Assembly (NCBI GenBank): GCA_951406725.2
Contig: OX597831.1
Span: forward strand, 56,296,001 to 56,360,000
DNA length: 64,000 nucleotides
Reading direction: 5' to 3'
Source: Octopus vulgaris
Lineage: Eukaryota
The stretch's first letter is position 1. Each line of letters opens with the position of its first letter. Under the pieces are notes generated by a model. The model was not told the DNA's origin, did not search any database, and saw nothing but the letters and a program-made list of their open reading frames with translations. Below, one piece after another: positions 1 through 16,980 of the stretch. Both the position numbers and the translations under genes were made by a program.

Positions 1-139
1 CAGTCTTCTTTTCAGGATCAGAAAATACTTCAGTTCTTAATTACTTATCCTTTATAAAACTTAGATGAGACCCACAAAGGAGTATTGCTCCAAAATTGGA
101 GATAGTGCTGCTGCTACACATGCAGACATCTTAGACTCA

Positions 140-395
140 ATCACCATCATCATTTGACATCCACTTTTCCATGTTTGCATTGGTCAGACAGAATTTGCTG
201 AGACATATTTTCTATGGTCAGATGCAATTCCTGATGCCAATCCTTACCTGTTTCCCAGCAAGATAATATTTCTCCTTGACTAGACATAGTTTTCATTTAC
301 AATTATCACATGATGTCAAGACAAGGATATACATACACACACATACATATATATCTACAGCAGGCTTCTTTCACTTTCCATCTACCAAATCCAAA
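140..395 (-). mobile_element. Decayed SINE with RTE-derived 3' end
   Basis: (ATC)n tail and motifs shared with copies at 1880-2260, 34440-34805 and 45820-46165. Confidence 0.6.
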
Positions 396-419
396 GGCCA
401 CTCGAGACCAATTGCATAG

Positions 420-660
420 GGTCACTCTCCAACATACACACCAACCTCTGCCACACAGACATGCTGTCTCCTCTTTCTACCTTTTGTATGACAACTGAAG
501 TAGACTCTGCTCCATAGAAATGGCTGATCTTATATGACTTTCATTGTGTCCACCACATCCAATCAGTAATCTCCAGAATGTCAACTCTCTTAAATTCCTT
601 CCCTGCAGCTATTGACTTGCAACTATTCAAGAGAAGAATTACTCACATTGATCTGTGAAA
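420..660 (+). mobile_element. 3' fragment of a CR1/L2-group LINE
   Basis: QPLPHRHAVSSFYLLY resembles the QPLSHRRNVASLSLFY C-terminal motif; related to the 25200-27320 copy. Confidence 0.5.
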
Positions 661-1879
661 GCCATAGTCAAACAAAAAAATATTTTTAAAAATCATAAGA
701 AGCTAGAAATTATTACTTAAATCAAAGGCAAAAAAATACTCCTTCACTTTTGTAACATACTAATTAAAACTTTTAATGATCTACTTGTACAGTCATAAAA
801 TATGTATAATTTAATCCACTTTCTCAGAATAAATTCCCTGAAATTAATGTCTTTCTATCCATTAATCTCCACACTACACCTAAGCCTCTATACTCAACAT
901 ATTAAAACTCACCCTCAATATACGTCAGCAACTCACACACAAATTGTATTATTCTGACTGGATTCTGAGTGGTTGGATACAGTTAGGATGTCTGATATTA
1001 TTGATAAGTTCACAGCAAGAATGACAGTCACTACTGTAATTTCTCTAAATGAATTAGGGTCCCAAAATTGCATTCATTTTCTGACTACAATCACATTTAA
1101 CCATATTAAATGTTTTCTAAGTGTTTGTGTTGATGGAAAGCATACTCAAGTCACACTTGTCCTGCAACTGTAGTCTTCCAATTAATCCATTTTACAGTTC
1201 TAGTTCACCATGCCATATTTTCCAGTATACAAGTTAAATTTTTCATTGCAAAATTTACAACCAAAAACAACAGAGGTCAACCAAGACATTGGCGGACCAA
1301 AACAAAACTTCCATGCAAAATGCAACAGGATTTGGAAAGACAGTAACAATGTTTGAATGTTTATAATACATGTTTACACTATATACTACAGTGACTTGTA
1401 TGCTGGAAAATACAGTACCTCCCACACAGATTCAGGCTTCTTTCAGGAGACACAAAGAATAACACTGCATGACATAGTAAAAAGTTATATAACGCAGACA
1501 TAGTCTACCAAGTTGTGAAATGGATATTGAGTTAACACTCTGCTATATAAAAATATTTCTTACAACGAAATCATCATCAAAGTGCAAAATAAACCAGCCT
1601 GTCTTGAGTAAGGTAGACTTAACCTGATGCCCAGTTTATACCTGGTCTTGGATACCTTTAGATGAAGTCCACTCAGTTGAAAGCTTTCATGTCAAGTTTC
1701 CAGTTTCTTGATAAATTACTTCCTTCTCACCAGTCTTGGACATCCACAAGTGTCTTCCGGAAAAAAATACAGGACAGGACTTGGAATGAGATATAGAAAG
1801 TTGTAATTGTGGATATGCTAAGATACTTGTGTTTCATTGACATACTATTACATCATCTGTTTGTTGAGGTTGTGATTAT

Positions 1880-2262
1880 GTAGCTAAGATGTTTGCTTTC
1901 CAACATGGTTCCAGGTACCTTGGGCAAATGTTTTCTACTACAGCCCTAAGCCAACCAAAGCCTTGAGTGGATTTGGTAAGCAGGAAACTAAAAGAAGCCT
2001 TTTGTATATATACATATATGTGTATGTTTCTGTCCCCTTGTTTTGACATTTCATGCTAGCTGTAAATGATTGTTACTGTCATTCATCTCCAATACTCTGA
2101 TGACGACGACAATGTGAAAATATGTCTGACTATGAGAAAATATTACTTTGCTTGGAAACAGGTGAGGGTTGGCTACAGGAAGGGCATCCAGTCATAGAAA
2201 ATTTGCCTCAATAGACTCCAACCAACCAAGGAAAGAGTGGATCTTAAAATGATGATATTGAT
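1880..2262 (+). mobile_element. SINE: tRNA-like head plus RTE-type tail
   Basis: Head GTTTGCTT..CATGGTTCC..CCTTGGGCAA, then GGAAGGGCATCCAG and an ATGATGAT tail. Confidence 0.65.
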
Positions 2263-2384
2263 GAGCACTAAGATGTTGCAGAACTTTCTAAACGAGATCA
2301 GAAATCACTGCAGATCTTCAGTTAAATGACTAGTGATTGCTGCATTATCTGCAAGAAATAGATCCTCAAAACACTGTGTGGATT

Positions 2385-2758
2385 ATCATCATCATCATCG
2401 TTTAACGTCCGTTTTCCGCGATAGCACGGGTTGGACGGTTCGACCGGGGTCTAGGAAGCCAGGGGCTGCACCAGGCTCCAGTCTGATCTGGTAGATTTTC
2501 TACAGCTGGATGCCCTTTCTAACGCCAACCACTCCGCGAGTGTAGTGGGTGCTTTTTATGTGCCACCTGCACAGGTGCCAGGGGAGTCCGGCATCGGTTG
2601 GTGCTTTTAACGTGCCACCGGCACGGAAGCCAACCAAGGCGGAGCTGGCATCGGCCACATTCAGATGGTGCTTTTTATGTGCCACCGGCACTGGAGCCAG
2701 TCGAGGCAGCGCTGGCAACGGCCACGTTCGGATGGTGCTTTTTATGTGCCACCGGCAC
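2385..2758 (-). mobile_element. 5'-truncated RTE 3'-end element with internal ~67-bp tandem repeat
   Basis: (ATC)n tail; GGTGCTTTT..GTGCCACC units start at 2548, 2600, 2667 and 2734. Confidence 0.8.
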
Positions 2759-4679
2759 ATGTATCAGAACCTTTATCCTGAAATTCAAGAGATTGTAAAA
2801 TTTTCATCTAACTTTGGATAGGCATACAATCCTACTTTATGCTCCAACTGATGTCACAGTTTTCATACAAAGGAATAAATACACAACGGTTCTGTTTGTT
2901 TTCATGAAACACTGTGGAAATATGTAACCCTGCTTCATTTTCCTTGACTGACATCAAAGGGTTTTCTTCAAGTTTTCATGAAACATCTTTACTATACAGA
3001 TCAGCATCCAATTTTGGTCACAATCTTGAAATAACTATCTCAAGTAATAAAATTACAGAGAATAGTTTTTGTCTATTTTTTTTCTCAAAGGGCACTCTTA
3101 TGGAATTACTAAGATCTACTGAGATTTAGAAAGAAATGGTTAATGCAAAATTGTAGAAAACCTAGATGCATATCATCATTTAACATCCATTTCCATGCTA
3201 GCATGGGCTGCATGGTTTTACAGGATCCAAGGACTGCATCATGCTCCAGTGATTGCTTTGGCATGGTTCCTATAGTTGGATGCCCTTCTAAATGCCAACC
3301 ACTTTACAGCGTGTACAGGATGCTTTTTTTTTTTCATACCACCAATATTATTGGGATTACTGTGCAGCTCAAAGGACAAAAAATCCTGAGGGAAATCAGC
3401 TTTATTTTAGGGGACAAGGGATTAAAGTACGAAAAAGATGAGGATGGAGCAGTTTCTTGTAGAGGATCTACCAAAAGTACACAATAAAAGCTCTCATCCG
3501 TCTACCAAGACTCATGAGCTTCCTTCTAGTCAATCTAAGATATTTTACCAAGCGGTAACAAAAAAATTCAAACATTAATCACACAATCAATCAAGAAGAT
3601 ATTCATGAGGTTTGCATGTCATACGTTTTGGAGAAAAATATAACATTCCTGAACTTAATGTCAGCATAAGAGTAACCCAGTGAAATATTTTGGATTAGAT
3701 AGCTGTCTTACATTTTATACTGTCAATAATTAGAAGGATAAATTGGAAATTAATTTTAAGAATTTCTTATGACGACTTGTTAATAACGTTAGGCATTCGT
3801 TAGAAATCTCAAAATTACAAATTAATATCCAATATCCATTCATGAAAGCTACAGAGTCGTCCTTTCCCGGGTTTTTGATTGGGTTAAGCCTTTCAGCCGT
3901 AAAAACAAAACTTGCGCGTGAATAATTTAATCAACTATGGAAGCACAGAAGTAACAAAATGAGACCACTAAAGATAGTTTTACTGCATTTTAGTTTTTCA
4001 AATTTTTGAAAGATATGACTTTTATAAACAAAAAAAAAAATTACCGATAGGCAAGTACACTTGATCCATAAAACTTACATCTCCACCCTATTTTCTCAGT
4101 TTAAATACGGATGAAACAATTTTCATTTGTTAACTATTGAAGTATAAACTAAAAGTTAAAAATAATCACCTCTGTATAGTTTAATTAAAAAACAATCAAG
4201 GAAAAAAAAGTGTAAACCTTTTTTTTTTTTTTTATGATTTAAGTTTTATCAAGTATGGGACACCATAAATACTTCGCCCACTAATACACGTCAGCTCGTG
4301 TCGAAAAAAAATTTACACAATGCTCTATTTTCTAACTCGTTAGTAAACACTAAAATTTAAATTCTTATTAACAGCAATCACCAACATTAATAAAATGAAA
4401 ACACGTTTTGAAAATGTTCACAAAAATAGAGATGGTTCAATTTCCTCGTATATACATATATAATATATATATATATATCAGTAAAACAGAATCCGAGGAA
4501 ACCCATGACGTTCTGCGTAGTATGTTATCCAACAGAAAATAGTACAAAGAGAAGAGTAGTTTATTCTTTAAACTTTTCATTAATTATCAAATTTTCCTAA
4601 GCTAAATTAGCTGTTATCATACCTATTTAAGGAAACTAACGTTCTTTTTCATTAAATAAAGCGACTATATCTAAAACAA

Positions 4680-5720
4680 ATTAAATGTAGCACGTTACAT
4701 CAGCCGCCATGGCAGAATGGGGCGACGAGGTGGATGAATAAATAAATAAATAAATAAGTTATGATGAGTATGTTATTTTACTGACCAGCAAATAATGAAT
4801 TCCTATCCAACCCAACGGAATGGATACTGATAATGTCCACATTCTTAGACTGTTCTTGGAAGTATGAAGCCAGTGACTGGGAAACGGTCGATTTGCCCGA
4901 ACAAGGCAAACCACATAGAATAACCAGCGGCATTTCTGACACTAAAATGGCCACCACTGTCAGAACGAGGCGACAACCGGTCTCTGCAGGTTTGAAAACT
5001 GTGTGTTGAGCTTTTAATAAGCTGACTTAGGTATTTTAACTTGTCAATTACAAAAGTCGCCCAAATGCTCTGGTCACCGATGCTAAAAACAAATTATTAG
5101 AAAAATCTTAAATAATTTCCAATCTTATATATGCCGAATTATTCGTTAAGGATTTCGAAAATTCCTACGAAGAATATTTCCAATCGTTTGGATGCTTATT
5201 TTATTTTTTTTTTGACTAAATCTCGATTAATATTTGTTTTATTTATGAAAACATTGGTTTTCAAAATGACTTCTTCGAAACTTTGCCATGAAAAATAAAT
5301 GCGTTATGTTTTTATATAACATCACATCCTAAGCTGTTGCGTCCAACACCATTTTTATATTTTCCTTTCGGAAATCATGAACATGTGCCAGATATATCAA
5401 TAATAATACTGGTAATTCTTATTACAACCACCGTCGTTCCTCCATCTTAATGTTTATCAAAACAAACATTAAAAGAAACCTTCAGAGATTAATTCATTCG
5501 CCATGTTCTGACAGTTAATCATGTTACGCGCTTTTAATAAAAAATTTTTTAATCATATAAAATAATAAAATGGTATTAGTAAATTGGTTTTTAATCAATT
5601 TGACAATTATTCATTTGCTAAAAGTTCTTTGATCTATTTTCTGCTAGAGTTAAGTAAAATAACCGTTTGATTGACAGAAAGCATGGAGAAGCGGGGATCG
5701 ATTTCACATGTATGTAACTA
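4680..5720. promoter_or_regulatory. Promoter-like CpG-enriched region of an unidentified transcript
   Basis: YY1-like motifs (GCCGCCATGG 4703, AAAATGGCC 4944, CGCCATGTT 5499), TGATTGAC and ATTGG motifs, locally raised CpG; no coding exon recognised. Confidence 0.4.
4755..4835 (+). ncRNA. Candidate box C/D snoRNA-like RNA
   Basis: C ATGATGA 4761-4767, D' CTGA 4781-4784, C'-like ATAATGA 4792-4798, D CTGA 4827-4830; terminal stem weak. Confidence 0.3.
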
Positions 5721-7332
5721 AAAATGTTGTAACCAGTTATATATGTATTATATTACATAAAGCTCATTTTCTAAGTTATGAAAGAAAATTATTTCGATCA
5801 AATCAATCAATCGTTGTCGTCCAGTGCTTGCTATATATCTGCGCATACCTTTGTATGCCCGTGCATAGAGAGGGGGGAAAGAGAGAGAAAGTACGACAGA
5901 GAAATTAAAAAGTTGTTTTCATTTATCTTTCCATCTTCCTTCGAAGGAACTAAATATGTTTTAGTAGTATTACTTTGAAAAGTTGTTATGGAAGGTAATA
6001 TGCATTAGTGGAATTGAAACAAATCGGATTTTATAATCAAATTTTCGAATATTAAAACTCGGTTTCCCACCAAACCTGTGCATGCAGGTATAATTTGGTC
6101 AGCTGGGAAGATAGATATCGACATCAGTTGACCTGCTATTGAAAAGATAACGGTTTTTGCCTTAATCTCTTATTCGCCTTAACGTATCCCTTTCTCTCTC
6201 TCTTTCAACTCGATTAAATTTTGCAATTTTTTTTTTCCAGATAAAGATTTCGTCAAATTATCTCAGACCCAATAATTTTACTGGTACTTGGATGAATAAA
6301 AACGAACATTGATTGAGAAGCGTATCTCACTGTGGTATTTAAACTGCTAGAGATAATAGCCAAATTTCATCCTACTGCCCTACATGCTATTTTACATTAT
6401 CGGTGACATTTCATGCCAGAAAAAAATACGGGGTGGTCATAGCTGGAATGCTATTGATCATAGACCTAAACTAAAACAAAAAAATATTAGGATTACGTTT
6501 ATAAATAAATTTTCACATCTAGTTGATAAATCAGTCGAGTTCGGCTTTTCAGGACCAATATTACTTCAGGATGATAGAAACCTCATGACCATGTAATCAG
6601 TCCAGTACTACTTTACTACCTGCTCAAGTCGGAGGCAAAAACCAGCCCATTGCTAGGTTTGCCCAGTAAAGATTCTATTTAGTCGCAACATCAATAACCT
6701 AACATTCATATTAATATGCCTCTGAAATATACACTCCAGCAGCTGTCACTCAAAGGGAAAAAAAATGCGGTTTTAATTTTTTTTATTATAACCCTTGTCA
6801 TCCAGTATGGAAAATGATCTGATTACAACTATATTTCATTTTAAACACCGTTCATCCCAAAGAGTTATTTCTATTGTAAAGTCATCCACGTGAATGACAT
6901 TAATACCCTTAGTATAAAATAAGGATTCAAAGTTCAAATTCAGCCTGGCACTATGTAAGCATCCACAAATAGGACACCTGACAATAAGATATCAATATCA
7001 AAGCATCTATCATCTCATGATGCAATTAATTATCTGAAAAATTTACAATCTACTAAGAAACACATTCAAAGAACTTATTAGCCTTCAATAACTTACATCA
7101 CATCATTCTTGTTTGATTGATTATAATCTTTATCACAGCAGCCATAATCCATAAACGGTTAAAATTGTTACTAATTTATAAATATCTTGTATAGAATGAT
7201 GGAAAAAGACCTAACATCCATCACCAAAACTAAAACATACTACTTATGGGTTTCTTTATTTCAAATCTAAATTTACAAACAAATAATACTGAGAAGATGT
7301 AGTTTTAATCGAAGACAAACATTTATCAACAA

Positions 7333-7706
7333 CTAGCAGTATCGCCCAGCATTGCTCAGATTTCTTTCGACCCTTTAGAATTGGAATTTTTGAAAAGTAA
7401 AAATTTTGCACTATGTAGCTTGTGAACATTTTTCTTTAAGTGAACATTTTTCTGGTTGAAATACACCGAAAAATGGCGACACAGCAGTAAAAAAAATAGA
7501 TTTTCATAGAAAAAAAAAGCATCTTTTTGATGTAAATAATTTTTGGTCTTAACATGGTCCAATTTGAATTTTATCCTCTAGGGAATGAAGAGCAAGCCTT
7601 CTTCTTGGGTCAACTTGTGCTGCAGGGTCTCGGAGGAGATAGTGTTAGCTGAAGGCTACCAAACCTGCCACACACAGACAACTTCAGCTTTATATATATA
7701 TAAAGA
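7333..7706 (-). mobile_element. Non-autonomous Helitron
   Basis: On - strand starts TC(TTTATATATA), ends with a GC-rich hairpin remnant + CTAG, inserted between A and T with no TSD. Confidence 0.75.
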
Positions 7707-7734
7707 TTATGTACAGCAACAAACTGAGAGAAAC

Positions 7735-10200
7735 AAGAAATTTATATATAAAAATCTTTTTATTTGCAACAGAGAAAGAGAGAGCACAATGATTGAAGGG
7801 TCAGTTGATAGGTGGAGAATGTGCCTAAACTCCTGAGTAGTCTTCATGATGCTGGTTCAGAATTCAGCCTGTTGGAGTGGTGTATGGCTGCCATGTATGA
7901 AAATGTCAAGTTTACAATGAAAATTAAAGAACGGAGGGGGTTTGAAAAAAAAAAAAAAAAAAGACGAGTATTTGGGGGAGAAAATAGAGAGGAAGTGTGA
8001 AGGGATAGGGGATAATGTAATTGGTGTTATAGCTACTTATGAGGTATTTAATCCCACAAATACCAGCAACACCAACCCACATGATACAAAAATGGATCTC
8101 TTTACTGTACAAATTAGGAAGGAACAACCCTGGCTGCAAGGGCTGACCTGTAAGGGTTTGAAATCTTAGGCCATTCAACTAACCACGTGGAAAAGAGAAA
8201 ATATTTTAACCTACAGAAGTCATTTTAATTTTCCCAACTATTATTATTACCTTGCTGGAGGCACCCAGAATCACAATCAGGAACCATATCAGGCACTGCA
8301 ACAATGCACATGTGTTTATACTGCTGAGACAATACAATGTCACCAACACTAACTAAGCACTATATTCATTTATAAACAAGGCTGAAATCTGAACCAATAC
8401 CTAAAGTATAAAATTATACAGCAACAAACATCCCTGTATACGTAAGAATCACGTTTGTTGGTGCCAACTGAAAGGCAGCCCAAGTACTACTATCATGTTG
8501 TTAAAACAAATTGATTGCTCCATGTCCATGAACTATGAAAGGTGTAGCTGGATTATAATGATGAAACTTTATTATACAGGCTGAACAGTAGATTAAATGG
8601 TTAACTTTATACAATGGGATAGGGGATATTTTACAATAGTCCTGGTTGCTTTAACAGTCATCAAAGTAGTACTTGCAGAAAGGAAAAATTCTGAATGACT
8701 TGAGAATTTGTGACATGAAAAAAGAAAATCCCTATATGCAAAAAGAGCCCTATGAAATGCATGCACACAAGTAAGAACATTACTCAAAACTAAGTCCTTT
8801 AAATGTAAATGTACCTAACTTTAAAGACTTAAAATTTGTAACATTGAATTTCATGAGTAGATTAGCCCCTGGCTGGTCTCTAGAAATACTGACCTACAGA
8901 GTTGGAAGAGCAACAAGATACCTGAGTTGCAAGAGGACTGGGAACAAGCAGAGTTGGGAGACCAGAAATTAATGCTGCTTGTAATGGAATGCTTAACATT
9001 AAAAGGGCTGAATCCTAACACTGGCCATGATTCAAATAGAGAGCAGATCTTTACTAACATTTTTGAGCCCCCAAACAAATCTCCAGTTAAATTAGGCACA
9101 CACGGTAAATACATCTCCAGACACACCCAATAGCAAAGTATCATATCTAAAGAGAAGAAAAATTGTCCAGCAACAGTTGTTTTAAGGATTTCAGCAGAAG
9201 TTTTTAAAAAAATTCACATGGCAATATAGTGCTGCACAAAGCAGGGGTTTTTTTTTTTTACAAGAAGGCACTGATCCAATCAATCCCCTACAGGCTATAA
9301 ATGATGTTTAATTTTCAACTGCATACCATGCTCCTTCGAGCTGCTAGAAATAAAATCACTAGTGTAAAATAATTTTATTTCAACTGCAACTATTGTTTAA
9401 ATCTCATTGAGCCAGAAAACAATTTAACTAAAACCCACATGTTAAAATTAATCCAGTGAATTCAACTAACATAATATAAAGTTATACATCTCACCAGGCC
9501 TTCTAACATGACCCTAAAAATTAACTAGGTGAAAAATATTCCTTAAACGTTTTTAAGTAGGCTTCTTTAAATTTAGCATCAGCAAACAGAATATACGAAT
9601 TGATCAAGTTATTGGGTGGAGATTTGGCCTTGTTAGTCAAATGTTTGATCATACAAATTGGAGAAAATTTTGCAAGACAGCCTTTCAGAACTTATTATGC
9701 ATAAACAGAAAATATATGCTGTAAATATACTACATAATAGTACTGCATATGACATTGGCTGCAGGGAGAAACACTAAGGAGAAGACAGCAGCAATATTCA
9801 AACCAAAGACAGCAGTGTGAGAATATAACCCTCAAACTAAGGAGAGTGGGTGGGTCAATAAAGCAATGAGCAGCAGCATGAAAAAAAAAAACCTAAGTAG
9901 AATGAAACCCTGAAAGATAAAACCTTAAATAGGAAGGGTGTACCCGTGGTACCAGGATAAATTGGCTGGACTCAGGAGAAATGGACAGGGGGCAAATCTT
10001 GAAGAAATGCTGGCCACCACTATGTGTAGTTAGAATGACCTAAGTTGAAAGTTTATTTTGTGGTAGTACTATGGTATGCATCATCACACACGATATGCTG
10101 GTGGCAGACCTTGCCACCCACCTGGGGAGGCGAGGGCTTCCATCAACAATACTGTACACAGTCTTTGCACTTCGACCCAGAAGGGCTACAAGGTCTCCAA
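7735..10200 (-). other. Probable long ANP32 3'UTR with alternative poly(A) signals
   Basis: Nearly repeat-free sequence. - strand AATAAA (TTTATT on +) at 10052-10057, 9374-9379, 8568-8573 and 7759-7764; the last is followed by a GU/U-rich tract. The true 3' end is inferred. Confidence 0.5.
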
Positions 10201-16157
<5,957 letters not shown>

Positions 16158-16289
16158 TGTGCAGCCGTTGTGTTGGCTTTGAGCTGTTGATTTTTTATCT
16201 ATTGTAGCCACTTTTCGTCACTAACCCCTTTCGGGTTCTGTTTGGTCTGAATATTTTTCTATCGGCTAGTTGCTAGTTGTGTTGTTTTT

Positions 16290-16980
16290 TTCTTTATGGC
16301 GGTGAACTGCACAGCCACGGCCTGTCTAAACGTTTGTCGTTGACTGATTGGATGCTACCAATATATATGTGTGTATGTACGCTGTGTGCTAGTACTGATG
16401 AGTGAGCAGCGCTTTTTAAACTATGGCCTGGCTGACGGTAGTAGTAGTAGTGCTAAGGCCTGCAACGTTTAACTGGGTAAGATATATATGTATGTATACA
16501 TATGTGTGTGTATGCCTTTCGCAAGCGGTCCTTGCTTACTGGTAGCTTAATAGGCAAGTGAGCGCGCGGGTTGATCAATCAATGGTATATACAAGCCAAG
16601 TCTTATTGGTTAATATTTGATATTTCCAGCCGGGCTTGTAGTGTCATTAATATTCATGGTAACTCAGCCAATCAGCGCATTCAGTCGCTCGACCAGAGAA
16701 GCTTATTAACCAACCAATGAGAAGAAGCACGGATGACGGCATTTTTTTGTTCACTTTTTTCTTTCCTCAAAATATTATTTAAAAGTACGAAAATGTACTA
16801 ATAGGAAAAATATATACACGCGTGTGTAAATAGACGTATTTATATATAGTTTTAAATGTCCACTGAGCAACATCCACTTCTGATGTATCGTTTTATTTCA
16901 CTTTTACAATGCCAAACGTATCCATCACATCAAGAAGAAGTGTTTATTTCATTGACATTTCTGTAATACAACCAATGAGA
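16290..16980. promoter_or_regulatory. ANP32 promoter, CCAAT-box cluster, probably bidirectional
   Basis: CCAAT/ATTGG at 16347, 16358, 16605, 16668, 16714 and 16972; local CpG enrichment; immediately upstream of ANP32 exon 1. Confidence 0.7.

Noticed and set aside
1050-1062. Telomerase-RNA template-like ACCCTAA near the structured region
   Set aside because: Too short (about one repeat) and expected by chance
2500-2821. ORFs and spaced direct repeats that superficially resemble a CRISPR array
   Set aside because: The 'spacers' are similar to each other, the repeat lies inside an RTE 3'UTR, the DNA is eukaryotic and there are no cas genes
4870-4980. H/ACA-like arrangement (hairpin, AGAATA, hairpin, ACA)
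   Set aside because: ACA is only 7 nt from the upper stem (14-16 expected) and the lower stems are poor
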